Assembly (NCBI GenBank): GCA_036172245.1
Contig: JAYWIR010000011.1
Coordinates: 2,418,001 to 2,482,000 of the forward strand
Direction of reading: 5' to 3'
Length of the DNA stretch: 64,000 nt
Source: Raillietiella orientalis
Lineage: Eukaryota
Shown here in pieces: positions 13,151 to 26,350 of the stretch. The position numbers and the translations under genes are program-made. The notes below the pieces were generated by a model that had not been told where the DNA came from, did no database searches, and saw nothing but the letters and a program-made list of their open reading frames with translations. Each line of letters starts with the position of its first letter. The stretch's first letter is position 1.

Positions 13151-14324
13151 AGGAAGGGGACGGCAAGAAGGAGCAGAAGAAGGAGAAGAAGAAACAAGGC
13201 GAGGAGGCGGAGGCGGAGGAAAAAGAGAAACAGGAGGAGGGGGAGGAGGAGATAGGGAAGAAGTAAAGAGGAGAACCAAACAGGGAGAAGGAGGAGGATC
13301 AGAGGAGGGATAAGGGAAAAGAAGAGCAGAAAGCAGAAGGAGAAGGAGGAAGGGAGGAGGAGGAAGATTTCTTTCTGTCTTTCTTTGTCGCTGCGGCGCG
13401 CACCGTGCGAAGCACAGAGAGCACGGGTGACCGGCACGGGAGGACGAAGACGCCTCTCCGAAAATTGCCTCTCGGGCACGAGACAGCGCCCATCTTTTTC
13501 GCAGAAGTGGCGCCCACCTCCGGCACAGTTCCTCCGTTTGAAGACGGGCCTCTCCGGAGACGGGGGGTCTCCTCTTCCCTGAGAGAGAGAGAGAGAGACA
13601 TCCCTCGGTGCGTTCTCCGGGGAGGCAGAAGATGGTCGGAGGTGGGAAGCGCACAGTCGAGTGCACGCGTGCCCTTCGCAATTGCCCCTCCACGTGCTCC
13701 CGCTTCCTCCACCGGTCTGTCCCTCTTTCTCGGCACGCCTTCGCTTCTTCAGGGAGCAGCGCGCGGCGGAGACGTGGGTTCCGCCTGCCGGCGCAACCCG
13801 TCCGCCTCGGGGCTGCTGGTGCACCGACCCCCCCTCCCCCTCCGAAGGGAAGCTCCTCCGCCGGCGGGCAGGCAAGCACCGTCCGGCCGCCGAAGGGCCG
13901 ATCCGCGTCCCTGGAAGCCGCGCTGACCAGTTGCCTGCTCGCCCGTGCCACCTGGCTAGCGCAGCTGACGGCAGGACTTCTTCCAACGCGGCTCCTCGCC
14001 GTGGCCGTCGCCGCCGCCGTGCGGGCTGGCCCGGAACGTCGAGTGGCGCCCGAGGTAGGCGACCGGACCTCCGTTGCTCCCCTCCTCCTCCCTCCCGAGA
14101 CGCAGCCCCTCGGGAAGCGGGGCTGCGGTCACCCTTCGTGCGCTGTTCCTCGTCCCCCTCCCTGCCCGGCGGTGTCGCCAGCGAGGCTGCGTGCGGACCG
14201 TCCCGGGTCGGCGACTCCTTCTTCTCGTGTCCGGGAACCGACCCTTCTGTTGTTGTTGCATTCACACGGGATGCACTCCGCGCGGATGGCGCGGCCTGCC
14301 GAGATAGAAGCGTCCCGGAGGGGC
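13151..14324 (+). repeat. 1174-bp segment, copy 1 of an inverted duplication (partner 32897-34088)
   Basis: Reverse complement matches copy 2 in all stretches compared and the overlapping ORF translations are identical, except (GA)9 vs (TC)18. Confidence 0.95.
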
Positions 14325-14929
14325 GGACGTGACGTCGAAAAGCCGAAAGGCTGGCTGGCGTTCGCGCCACCGGCTCGCTCGACGGGGCCCGCACCGCCTT
14401 TCAGAGGGTCCCTTTCGCCCGGGCGCGCGGGCGTCCCGCGGGTGCTCTCGGTGCCAAGCGGGCGGAAAAATCGTGGGAACGGTCCCAGGCGCTGCTCGTC
14501 GGGTGCTGCGGAAATGGAACGCCCGGCACCCGTAGAGCGAGAACTCGTGCCGTCTCTGGAAACCGCTCATCCGCGGGAGATGGAGCTCGGCGCGCATCGA
14601 TGCCTCGGTGGCGGCGTGTCCGGAAGCTGGCGTCACGGCCTCGTGGAGACGGAAGGGGGGGAGGGAGAAAGAAGAAAGGAAGAAAAAGGGCAGAGGCCGA
14701 GCCGGAGACCCAAGGAGCCGCCGTCGCCGGCAGTTCCTCGGGGGTTGTAATTTCGCCCCTTCCCTTCTTCCTCCCTCGCGAAAACGAAAGGCCGCGAGGA
14801 CGGACTTGCGTGCAGGGGACTCCCATCCTCCCGAAAGATGGATCGATCGCAACGAGATCCCTGCCGGAATGACCCGGCCGCCTTCTCACGATTAGAGGAA
14901 AGGGAGGCGACCCAGTGAGCATAAAAAAG

Positions 14930-15650
14930 GGGGAGGGTGCAGCAGAGAAGTGGGACTGATCCGAATGGCGCGCTGCTTGCCTGTCTTGCGGGCGACGCAG
15001 CACTTCGGGAGGCTTCTTGCTGTGCCACACCTTTGGCTCTTCGCGTGCGTCTGGTACAGCCGGGTGCTCCAGGTGAGGTTCGCCTTGGCAGCAGAGGGGA
15101 GGGGGCAAGCGAAGGGGGAAAAATAAACAGATAAGGCTTGGGAGGGTGGGGGAAGGGATCACGTCCTGCTGGGGGTGGTCCTCTGCATCCTTTAGAGGAT
15201 GCTTCCCACACTTTCAAGATGGAGCCATCTCGTTGCTATCCTCAGAAAACGGACGGAGAAGTGGATGTGTCATCCCTGTCGCTCGGTTCTCCTCTTGCAT
15301 CCCTCCAGGCAGAGACGATCCCGCGTAGGCAGCATAGGGCTGCAAAGGAGGCTACCGGCCGAAGGCGTCGCGTAGGAGGAGAGGCCTTAAAGAGTCCCTG
15401 CAGTTGCTGCTGGGGTTCCAAGGTTCGCAGCAAAGCGTTCCCAGAGGATCCAAAGGGCAACACAGTCCACAAGCAGGTGCGGGGAGGATTAGTCCTCCCC
15501 TACGCATCTGGCATAGCTCGGGTTTACACATCCCGGGGTCGAGTGATGCCTGCGAGCGTAGCACAGGAGACTTAAATGCAGCAGCATCCACGCGGACTCC
15601 TGCTACTTTAAGGGGGAGGGTGCGAGGGACCAAGATCATTGGGGGCCACT
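14930..15650 (+). mobile_element. Decayed Penelope-like element RT fragment
   Basis: Ordered relics: MARCLPVLRATQHF (~MGSPLSPVLANxxMEHFE), VWYSRV (~WxRYVDD), CYPQKTD (~VYRKPTD), LVLPYASG (~VxLPYxxG). By eye only. Confidence 0.3.
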
Positions 15651-16199
15651 GAAGATCTTTCCGCCCCGGAATGTCCAGCAGCTCGTCCCCGCGCAAAAGT
15701 CCTCGGGGTCTGGCGCAGCTGGAGTTGCGCCGTCCTCCGCTTCTTTTTGCTCCTTCTGCTTTTTTCTCCCTTTTTCCCGAGGACGGCAGGTTCGAGAAGG
15801 TTCGTTGCAGCCCCTCCGAACCCGAGCTGGGCGACGCTTTGGGAAGAGGACGTCCGAATGTAGCGGATGGGGGGGGAGAAGTTAGCAGACCCCTTTCTTT
15901 CGTTCGGGCTGGTGAGCGCGCAGTTGGCCTGCTGATGTCTCCTAGCCCTCTTTGCTTCCCTGCTCCTTCCTGGTTTCCTATCGGTCGGATCCCCTCCCCA
16001 TCCCCCCGTACACTGCCAGCAGCGCCTCGGCGATCCGAAAAAGTCGAGCACAGCTCCTTCCGTGCCTCCCTTTTCTCACTCAATGCTCAGATCTCTTTCC
16101 TTGACCACCGGCTAAGTTCCCGATTGACCCGGCGTATGGTGCTGCGCAGCGATGCTTAGGAAGCACGCCCTTTGTACCGCGGTAGTCAGGAGCACTCAC

Positions 16200-17050
16200 T
16201 CCCTCTGGGCGCCCTCCCAGAGTGCGTCATGCTTGTCAGAGGGGACGGTGGTGCCCTGGGACGCTTGAAGGACAAGCCGGTCTTCTCCAGAGGGCGAACT
16301 CGTCTTCGTTCACCTCCAGGGAAACGGGACCACCACTTTCCCCTCCGACTCGGAGCTCTCGATAGCGGATGGCGCGGACCCCGGGTGAGCACGGGGACCG
16401 ACCACGGGAAGGGGACATCGAAGGGTGTCGAGGCTACGAGGTGAACACCCCAGCGGTGCACTTTCGCGCTGGACTTCCGTGAAACTGAGAGCACAAGGCG
16501 AACTGCCGTCACCAGGGGGTTCGCCGCGGGGCCCGAAAAAACGATCCTCGACCCGGAAGATGCAGGGCAGCATCCGGGGAAGGCAACCGAGGTGACTGGG
16601 GGGGCGACCTCACCCCCTCTCTTGAAAATTCGGTAGCTCAGGACGATCGAGGGCTGGTGCGCATCCCCCCTTTTTCCGCGCTCGGTTTTCACGAAGGTTC
16701 CCGCGACTGCTGGAGGGCTGACTCGATTCCACACGGCTGATCCTGCTCTGCCCTTTAGGAGGGATCGGGAGAACGAAGGGAGGGAGCGCCTCGGAAAGCA
16801 ACGTCTGCCCGGCGCGAGGGACGTTTCTTCCGTGCGTCGTCAGGAAGTCGGGGTGTAGCATGGAGACGGAATTTGGGCGCGGGGGCTCGAAGGGCGGTTC
16901 CAAGCCGCTCGGAATACTTCCGGCACGCAGAGCTCCAGAGGGTGCGCCAGGCACGGATGGTGCCTTCCCTCATGGGATGACCGGAAGCTGGATTCAGGAA
17001 TCCCCCCTTCCTCCCTTCGTTGCAGTGCCAGGACGGTCCCTTCCTGGTTC
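16200..17050 (+). mobile_element. Decayed RTE-like RT fragment
   Basis: KGDIEGCRGY (~KGDxxxCxNYR), DSIPH (~FDSVxH), RVRQARMVPSL (~GVRQGCxLSPLLF) in the correct order. Confidence 0.35.
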
Positions 17051-17411
17051 CGACCCCCCCCCTCCCCCGGCAATGCGAAGCCAGAAGCAGCCGAAGCAGA
17101 AAGTCCCTTGCGAGTGGTCTTCCTCCCGAGACGAGAAAGGAAATCTCCTCCGTAATTTATGAATGCAGTCATTCCGCAGCATCCTTTCCACGTCCTCCCG
17201 GATGGGAAGCAAGGGCCGAGCTGTGTTTCTTTTATCAATCGCTCTGCATTAATCACGAACGCAATCACAACCCACGGCGGAGCGGAGGAGGAGGAGGCAA
17301 ATTGAATGCGTCGTATACGTCACTGTCTTTCGCGCCGAGTCCCGCGTCCTTGACGAGTGAGCAGTCCTTCTCCACCACCCCTACCCCCATCCCTCTTGTT
17401 CCCCCGCTTTT

Positions 17412-17427
17412 TGTGTGTGTGTGTGTA

Positions 17428-17482
<55 letters not shown>
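17412..17482. repeat. (TG)n microsatellite, ~35 units with one interruption
   Basis: Direct reading. Confidence 0.97.
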
Positions 17483-17484
<2 letters not shown>

Positions 17485-19049
17485 AGCGTGTGCGTGTATT
17501 TTGTTTTGCCTCTCTGCTCCTCCTCGCTCTCCTGGGCGCCGCTATGCTTGTCAGCATCCCCAAGTTTAACCCGAAGACCCCGACGGGAGCACATGAATTA
17601 CGGCTATTGGCATGCCATCCATCCGCCCCGGAGATGAATGCGATGAAAAATGGCGGCTCGCCCCGCGGAGGCGGGGAGGCGCGGCGGTAGGGTCGCCTGA
17701 GCGGGGGAGGGGCGGCGGCGGTGCAGCTCCGCCGGTAGGAGGGGGAGGGAGGACACGGCGGCGGCGTAGCAGGCCGAGCGATCGCTCTCGGGGCTGATAG
17801 AACTCTCCCCCGTCTGCCGTCGAAGATGGCGCGTCTTGGATTGGGAGGGGGGGGGGGGTCGCGCCCGCTCGTTCGTTCCCGAGCGGTGGTTAGCGGTAGT
17901 GAACGAACCAATTACTCATCAGGATAATGGAACGGAACCAGAGGCAGCAGACAATGAGACGGGAGGAAGATCATTAAGAGAGGCTGCTGCAGCTGAAATT
18001 AATAGAAACCATCCTCGCAAAAAAAACGAGGAAGACAAAGAATGCCGGCTGGACCTGCGACAGCAATCATTCATTCTTTCTCTTTTTTTATGCAGTGCTG
18101 GGAGATCGGCTCGGAGGTCTCCGGAGACCTGGAGCGCCGAGGACACGTCGGGAGAACCTGGCGGACATCCGCGCGTGCGTCGTCGCTGTCGCTCGTCTCG
18201 TCTGCTGAAAGCCAGGTCGCTTCGGGGGCCGTCGGGCTGGCACGCGCTTCCCGCGCGCGGGAGGGAACCACCACTGGTAGGACAAGAAGCCCCCTCGAAG
18301 GAGCCAGGGATGCCGCCGGGAAGAGAACCCGAGGTCGAGGGACTGCTGCGAGGGACCCTCACACTGCCGCCCCCATGCGGGAAGAGAGCATCCTTGCAGC
18401 GGCTCCCCCGCGGTGCAGGGCGCGTCCTCCGTCTTTCTGCGATGCTTCTCTGGGGGGAGGAGGTCCTCGTTGTCGCAGCAGCTGGCGAAGGCTCCAGCAG
18501 CCCTCTGGCGGCCACCTCCTGACATTCTGTCATGACGCGCGCCGACTCCGTTCGCGGAAGGCTCGCTCTCCCCCCCCGCTTCCGCCGTGATGGCCCAACG
18601 TCCGGCTGCACTCGAACCCCGGAGGGGAAACTCCCTGTCGAAGTTGACTGCAGGACGATGGATGCGGAACACCAGACAAGACCGGCGTGGGCAGTTTCGT
18701 ATCCTCTGTAGCCCGTCGTGCCCCGCGAAAGGAGTGGGAAAGCAGGCAGGGAAAGAGGCGGGAGCCGGGAAGGGGGGCGGGAGGAAGGGACACCAACCAC
18801 TTCAGCTCTACGCTGCCAGCGGGAGCGAGAGCAACCCCTGGACCCTTTGAAGGGATCGTCTGCCGAGACGGCTGCCAAGAGGGGAGGACGGCGAGGACGT
18901 TTCTGCCGCTCTGCCGGAAGCCACATCCCCGCGCGGTCTTCCCTGCTCATCCCGACCGGTGGCCGCTCCTAATGGCCTGCCGGCGAAACGGGAGGTCTCC
19001 TGCGGGATCGCAGGCAGCAGGAAGGAAGATGATTGGCTGGACCACCCCG

Positions 19050-20250
19050 TGATCTGACAACGCTGCGACGTCGCGCCTCCGAGTGCCCTCCCACGTGCAC
19101 TTCGACGCTGGGGCGGCGCTGGACTGCTGTTCTCTGCTTTGACCCGAAGTGACCCCAGAGTTCCTAGATAGCGGGACCCTCCCCCTGAAATGGTGGGAGT
19201 GAGCACTCCTGATGTTGCATTGGGATCTTCCCTGCAACGCCCGCAGACATATTGGACTCTGAGGAGTCCCCCACGCAGGAACTATCGCAGGTGCGGGGAG
19301 CGGGGAATCCGTTCTTTCACACCTGCTCGTGGGCTGCGTTGCCCTCCAGCCTCCAGGGGAACCCTTTAAGGACGGAGGACCCTGTGGGTCCCGTTGGAAA
19401 CCCCGGAGAAGTTGTCCTTCTCTTCGTGCACTCCCGCCCAGCCGCATCCCCAGCAGCTTTTTCGCGGGATTGTGATGTTCTGGAGCGTCGACGAAAGAGA
19501 ACCCCAACGGAAGGGACGCCACTCACTTTGCAGTGCGTTCCCTGAGGATTGCAACGAGGCAGTCCCATCCGAGAAGCATGCAGCCCGAACTCGCCGGCAT
19601 TCTGGGAAAGATGCGGAGGACGCCCTCCAGCGGGACATGATCCCTTCCCGTGGTCTTTTCATATTTATTTTTTATTTAATTTCGTTTTATTTTCGTCTTC
19701 TTGTTTGTTCCTCTCCCCTCCGCTGCCGCTGGTCCGCTTCCGGGGGGCAGCCCGGCAGCTTCCCCGTGGAATTGGGGGCGGTAAGGACCACGTGTATCCT
19801 ACCGCAACCGTCGCGAGTTTCTTGCTGTGTGCAAGAAACGCCCCGGCGTGACCGGGTAGCAACGCCTCTCCTACCTCACAGGGTGCAGGTGCCGAAGGTT
19901 GACTGTCTAGGTCTGGCCAGAAGCACCTCCATGCGGAGAAACGCGGCAAGAGCCAAGGGGCGCCGCCGCTGCTAAAGTCCAGTCTCCTTCTCTGCCCTCC
20001 TCAGGAAGGAGCCGACTTTCAGTGCCAAGATGCCCGCCGAGCGGACCCCAATGAAGAAGGCGGTACCCTGGAACTCACTGACGCCCTCATCCCGGAGCGA
20101 AAGGCCTCCTCACCAGAGAAGACGTCCACAGTTAGATTAGGTTAGATGTCTCCATCATCATAGATCCCCATCTTGGCTACGTCTCCTTGCGCCTGACCGC
20201 CGTGAAGAGTGGACTCTGTTCTCAGCTTGGGCTCTTCTTCGTGCTCGGCG
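19050..20250 (-). mobile_element. Decayed non-LTR retrotransposon (APE endonuclease and RT relics)
   Basis: DGDI (~MGDFN) near 20150, GYTWSLP (~YTWxSP) near 19790, GTPQS (~GVPQGS) near 19265, RYLGT (~KYLG) near 19165. Confidence 0.3.
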
Positions 20251-23200
20251 CGCGCGTCACGCGGTCGGAAGATGCGAGCGCCTCTCAGGGGACGTGCGAA
20301 GTCGTTGCTCCCATGGCTCCGACGGGGCAGCGTCCAGGACTCGCAGCGACACTGCGATACGCGCCCGCAGTCCTCTGGGGCACTACGGGCGCCCTGCAAG
20401 GACTTCCCTCACGGGAGCGCGGCGACGTCCCGCGTTTCGGGGAAGGAGGGGTCCCCAGTGCACCGGCCCCTTGCCAGTGACAAAGGGGAAGGAGGATGGG
20501 TGTCGGTCGCCAAGCCCAGGATGTGAAGATTCCCACGGGAGATTCCTGGAAAAGCGGCCCACCTCTAGGTTCTGAACGAGGTCTCTATGCGCCATCCGCG
20601 ATGCTTCCCGTTTGGCGACGGCATCTCGTGAATCGCGACCCGGCTGGTTGCCTTCCATCCTGCAGGGGAATCCTTCTCCCTTCCTCTTCCCACCGATGTA
20701 GGGAGGGGGCGCACGATGTATTTTCGGGCCAGCGTGCCAGGGGGAGAACCGTCAAGGATGTTACGAGCTGTGGCGCCAACTGACGTGGACCTGTCGGGTT
20801 GTCCGGGGACCCATGCGAAATCAATCGCGTGGGGTCTCTCGGAGGAACAGGTGCCGCAGTCCTCACGGCTTGTGATGCTGCAACCGAGGGACCCTGCGTC
20901 TCTCCCCTCCCCTCGACGCGCTCGTGCGGCGGCGCTTGGCATTGAAAGGTACCGTGGTAGGATGCAGGGCGACTGGAGCGCGCCCGGGAACGGACGCTGT
21001 CATCTCGGCCGCGACCGCACGCGGCGGTGGGACATCTTCAAGGAGGTCCCGAGCAGGGGAAGGGAGAAGCGTGAGCGAGCCTCCCGAATCGGTGAGTGGC
21101 GTGCCGCCGTCGGGGCGACCCGAGTTTCGCGCGTCCGGCGGAGACGGGAAGCTCTGCGTATCGGGACGATGATGGCGCCCTCCCGGAGGGTTCGCGCTCC
21201 AAGATGGATGACGCGCGGGACGACTCGCACGCATCCGTCTTCTCTTTCTCGCGGGGTCGCCCACCGCGCGCGCCTATCGTTCTTTCCGCTGTCATCTCGC
21301 GCACCCTTTGACTAACGGTGTGGGGATGAACTCTCATCCCGTCGATCCGTAGACGAATGCGTATTTCCATCTTCCGAGGGAGCGATGATGCGCGCTTCCG
21401 CCAATGCTATCGGGAAAGACAGCTTCGGGCTCTGCGAATGCCTCCAGGGGACGCCCACCGATCTGGTCTTGTCCAAGGCGAGCCCTCAGGGTTGCTGGCG
21501 CTCGTCTAATAAGGAGGAGGAGACCCGTAGGGCGCAAAGGATGGCGCCGCGACTCACGTGACCTCAACCTGCCCGGGCGGGCGCCACCCCACTCCGCCAT
21601 TCTGGTAGGCGGAACTGCGGGTGCCGGAACGAACGCGAAGCAACCGACCCGGGAAGTAGATGGCGCTGAAGCTTCGGACACGGTCTACACGCACACTCGT
21701 CCGTGGAGGGGGAGCCGTCGCTGCCCTCTCTCCTCCTGTACAGTCGCCTCGAAGGGCGGCAGATCGCTGGGGTTGCGGAGGGCGAGAGGGGAAGGGCGAG
21801 CGCCGAAGAGGTCACAACCATGGACCTAGACGCCGGCCTAGATCCCAGCGAGATCCTTGCAGGATGATACTCGGGAGGGAACTCTTGAAATCGGTCCCCC
21901 CGGCCCCGAGTGCGGCACTCCCCCCATGGCGACGGGAGGGGCACCCGGTCTGTCCGAGACCCTGGCCCTCCCACGCATCCCTGCGGGAAGCTCCGTCCGC
22001 CGGGAAACGTAAAATGAAAAGACAAAAAAACTCTACTGCTACCGGTCGGCCTTTTTGTGAACAGGTGGGGAGGAGGCGACTTGGAGCAGCTCCTTTGACT
22101 CCGTCCTCCCGCAGTCGATCTCTTATGAAGCGTCCGCCGCAGCCCACAGGCGCTTGGACGCGACTCCGCCGTTCGCGAAAGGGTGGGGGTGAGAGCGAGC
22201 CGCCCTCCTCCTTAGCTAGGGGCTTCGAGGAGGCAGCTGGCACACCCGGCTGTGCCTCACCCGGCTGGCCGGGAGGATGGCGAGACGGAGGGAGGACTCC
22301 CCGTCGTTCGCTATCCAGGCGCGCCATCTCTCTTCTGCCACCGCGGTAGCGGCACGCGTGCGCGCGCTTCTCCCCCCTCTTCCCCCCTTCCTGGAGCGGC
22401 GGAAATCGGCGCCTCGTTGCTGGTCCCTCGCGTTTCTTCCAGGGGAACGCCCGCTCGCCCTCTTTCCCTCTTCCCGCGCGCGATCGTGAGAAAGGCGTCC
22501 GGCGGATGCGGCGGCGGCGCCCCTCTCCGGATGGACTCCTCCGTTTGGCCGGCGCTTGTTTGCCGATCCACGGGAACGGCGCGCCGGGACTCTTGGGGCG
22601 GCACCACCAGCGCGTGCGCGCGCGCCCCCACTGGTCGACGGGCACCGCCTCCACTGCCCCACGGGTCGATCTCGGCAACCTGCTGCGAATTTTCGCGCGG
22701 GGGCGTTTCGTGGACCGTTAGGGAGGTGCGGCCCCTGTCCGGCGCGGGACGGAAGGGAACCATCCGGCCCTCGCGGGCATCCCAAGCGACAAAAATAAAC
22801 CGTCGCGAATCGAGCTCCCCCCGGCCCGAAGCCGCGGAGAGCCGCCCCAGAACCCCGGAAGAAGTCCGAGCTCAGTGAGGAATTCCGGACCAGTGCGGGC
22901 CCCGTGGGACCGTCCGCATTATGCAGGGCCGGAAAGAAAGGGACGCCGATGGCCACTTGCCAGGTGATGGCGCTATCGGTGGTGGCGGCGACTGCTGCCC
23001 GTTTCTCGCTCCTATATCCCTCCTGGCTTGCTCGCGTGACCTCCTCGCGACCTCGGGCGCAGCGCCACTCACCCCCATTCGTTTCGCCCTGGGAGTAGCC
23101 CTCCCTACCCCCTTCCTTCGTGACGCCCCGGTTCCGTACCGCTCCACCAGATGATGACTGACCTTCTCTTCGCCCATTTTGAATGCGCGGCTGCCCCGGC

Positions 23201-24299
23201 ACACCCTGCGGGCTGCGCTGCGGAGGTCACCGGGGGTGCAAGAGCTGCTTGCACGAGAGCCCGGCCTGCTGTCCAGGAGGAAGGCACCACCGGTCGAGAC
23301 GCCTGGACCGTCCCTTCCGTTCTCGCGTGACCAGGCCGTTCCTCTCCGGAGCCGCAAGCGAGAAGGCAGTGAAAAGGGGCGCCTCGGGGTTTGACTGGCG
23401 ACGGGAATGCCGGAGGGGGGAAGAGGCGGGACCCCCCTCACATCTCCGCCATCCAAAACGGGAAGACCCCTTTCGCTTCGGGGAACGCCCAGTCCTCGTC
23501 CTTCTCGAATGATCCCGAATTTTCCAAGCAAAATAAGAAAGTAAATAAATAAAAATATTTATTTGAAACGGATGGTCCGAGCGGGAAGGGTCGCAGTAGG
23601 GTATGACCGGTGCTCTCCTACCGACCAGCCGGTCCGCAGGCAGAAGCGCGAGAGAGCCCGGGGCAAAGACGAACCGGGGCCCGTCCAGAAGGAGGGGACA
23701 CACCCAGGATGCACCCGAGGGAAGTCCTAGGATTCCTTCCACAGAGCTTTCCCTCGGGAGCTCCCCTGTGAACAAGTTCCTCCCACCAAGAGGGGACGTT
23801 GGACGGGTCCACCCCGCACGAGGGGATGCCGTCCCCTTGACCTTGAAAATGTCGGAGAGGGACTGCTGCTCCCCTTTCCCCCTGATGAACTTTTTCAAGC
23901 CGAGGAAAAAATCCCTTCCGGGTAGAGGTGCATCTTCTTCGGAGGCGTTTTCGAGAAAGCAGAGCGCTCCCACACACACCCGTTTGATGGGGGGGACACG
24001 TGATGGGCGGGGGAAGGTGTGTGTGTGTGTTTCCATCAGCGGCGTGGAGTTGGCAACGTACAGTCGAAAAGTGTCCCGAGGGCACGACGGTCGCCGACAT
24101 AGGGAACGACCTTCCCTTGCTCCCGGTGCCTCCCGATCCCACGCGATCCAGAGCAATCTGGATCGCGTGGGATCCTGCGCAGGCTTGAGGAAGGTTCCTT
24201 TCTTCGCGCAGCAGCTGTCAGGTTGAAGCTCCAAGCGTGACCTTCGGCTCTCCCTGCTGGAGTGGGACGGCGGGCCCACCGGGGGTACTGGAATGAGCC

Positions 24300-24950
24300 C
24301 AAGGAAGATCGCACCTCAAGGCTTCTTACACGCGAGCCTTCCAGACGGTGCACTTCGGCAGCCCTGCCCTCTGCTTACGGGGTTGCCCAGGCTTTGGGGC
24401 TGATGGCCGAGCAAGAGGGTCCAACGTGGCTTCTGAAGGAGGGAGGAAGGGAAGGTCGTCGCCGCCGGCGCGAACCGGACTCTGAGGTTGAGGGGAGGCA
24501 TGGATCGCAGGCCAGGATGGAGATGGACTTGGTCTTCCTCCAGGAAGAACATCTCGGAGAAATCGGAAATCCAGAAGAAGTGGAGGGTCAGCTTCCGGTG
24601 ACCTCACGGATGCCGACCCGGTGAAGGACGCACCCGGGGCAATGCGGAGGAGGAACTGGAAGAGGACGACGCCTTCCCATCCTCTTCTTCATCATCATGC
24701 TGGTCGCCATCCTCCTCGTGGCTCCAGGCCCACTGCCGTTGGGGATCGTCCTCGGAGGAGACCTCGGCTTCTGCGAGAGGATCGCTCGATCCTGTCGCGA
24801 CTGCTCCCTTGGAAGAACCCTCAGGGCTGCCGCACTGCTGCCGTTCCTCACCATGGAGAGCACGTGCATGGGAGGAGGAGCGACGTCTCCCGTCTTGTGG
24901 CCGGGGACCAGGGAGGACGACTTACTAGAATAGAGAGGGCCGGTCGCTCG
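24300..24950 (+). mobile_element. Decayed RTE-like fragment (linker / RT start)
   Basis: SEIQKKWRVSF (~EIxxRWxEYF), APGP (~KAPGPDG), EDRS..ILSRLLPWK (~GDRxxC..ISLL..GK). Confidence 0.25.
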
Positions 24951-25749
24951 TGGGGTGGTAACTCCGCTCGCTCGCCCGCCCACCCACCCTCCGAGCGCGC
25001 CAGGCCGGCCCGAGCTCCTTTCAGAGGAGGGGTGGGTTGGATCCCAGAGAGAGAGAAGTGACCTCCGCAGGAGGCGTGGGTCGGAAAGGACTCAGTGCCC
25101 CGCCCTGGGATGAGGAGCCGAGCGGTCGAGGTCACGGGTGCGGCTCCTGTCGGATGAAGGACGGAAGCGCGAATTCCCAGATACCACGAGCGGGCGCGCC
25201 TTTCGCGGGGCGTTCGCGTGCGATAGGAAGGCGTGCAGGGAGGGAGGAAGGGAGGAGGAGGGGGTGAGAAGAAGTCACAAGGGAGGACCACGTGGCGAGA
25301 CTCCCCGAGCCTTTCGGCTGTACGGTCTCGCCCTTTGTGTAGTCAGACACGCTACACCCGCGGGGCAGTCGTCCAGCGTTCGGTTCTTCCTCTTTCCGCG
25401 TGAGACCGCCACCGACGTGGGTCGTCGAAGGGATGCAGAAGGTGGCAGTGGGGCGAAGCGCAGATGCAGCCTCTGCGCCTCCCCAAGGGCATGAGGCGCT
25501 CAGGTCCCTGTCCGCGGAACACACCGCTTCGATACAGGTTCGGTGCTGGCGGGGGGTTTGACCTCAGATCCGAGCTGCTGCCTCGTGGCCCGGTGCTGCT
25601 GCCAGGGAGCGCCTCGATCTCAGGGGAGGGTGAGTTCGGACGGCGACCCATGCGACCGGGGAGAGTCAGCCGCTTTCAAAGGCGTGCAGAGACCTGGAGG
25701 CACTCGTGAGCAGGCCGCAAGGGTGCGCGGCGGGCCCGAAGCATAAATC

Positions 25750-26350
25750 CCTCGCGGACTGCACTGAAGAAGAGAGAGGCGGAAGACCGTGGAGATAGGA
25801 GAGGATCCTTCCTCGCCCCTCCATCCTTCCGCATGATTTGGAACAGCCAAGAACCGCGGGCGCCGAAGACCCGCGGTTCTGACCCTGTCCCCCGGACTTT
25901 GCTTGCGGTCCCGCTTGGTTGAGGGCTTCACCCGCGGAAGCTGTCGTTTCCCCTATTTCCGGGGCCTTCGTTGATGAGCAGTGCAGCGGTGGAAGGGGAT
26001 CGGACGGGGCTGCAGCCCTCCAACCCGCGCGAGAACACCCTAAGGGAGAAGGCGAAGGTCACTCGCGGGCTGGCCCCTTCGCGACGCACCCGGCGAGCAA
26101 GCGGGCGAGGTCGCATCTGATTTGTACCCTTCTGGCATATCCATCAAGGTGCGGAGGAGCATCATCTCGCTCGGTGATCAGATAAGACGGCTCCATCCGG
26201 AGGTCTGTGCCGTCCGGGCACGTCTGGACAGCCACCAACACCTCGAGGCAGCCCATCCTGTCAGACGCCCTTCGTCCGTCCGCGTTGACGAACGAAAGCC
26301 GCCGCGGCGTTACCTGTTCCGGGAGAGCATGGCGGGAATGGAAGGAAGGA
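25750..26350 (+). mobile_element. Decayed RTE-like RT fragment
   Basis: FRMIWNSQEP (~FNxIWxxGxVP), DEQCSGGRGS (~EEQCGFRxGRS), SGISIKVRRSIISL (~GIPxKLIRxIxSLY), SRQPILS (~VRQGCILSP). Confidence 0.4.

Noticed and set aside
12640..14394. 584-aa ORF with a hydrophobic Leu/Phe stretch, and its twin at 32830-34239
   Set aside because: Translation of a pyrimidine-rich low-complexity tract in the duplicated segment; no domain
24660..24933. Small membrane protein (ILFFIIMLVAILLV)
   Set aside because: No splice or ORF support; overlaps LINE-like relic motifs in other frames
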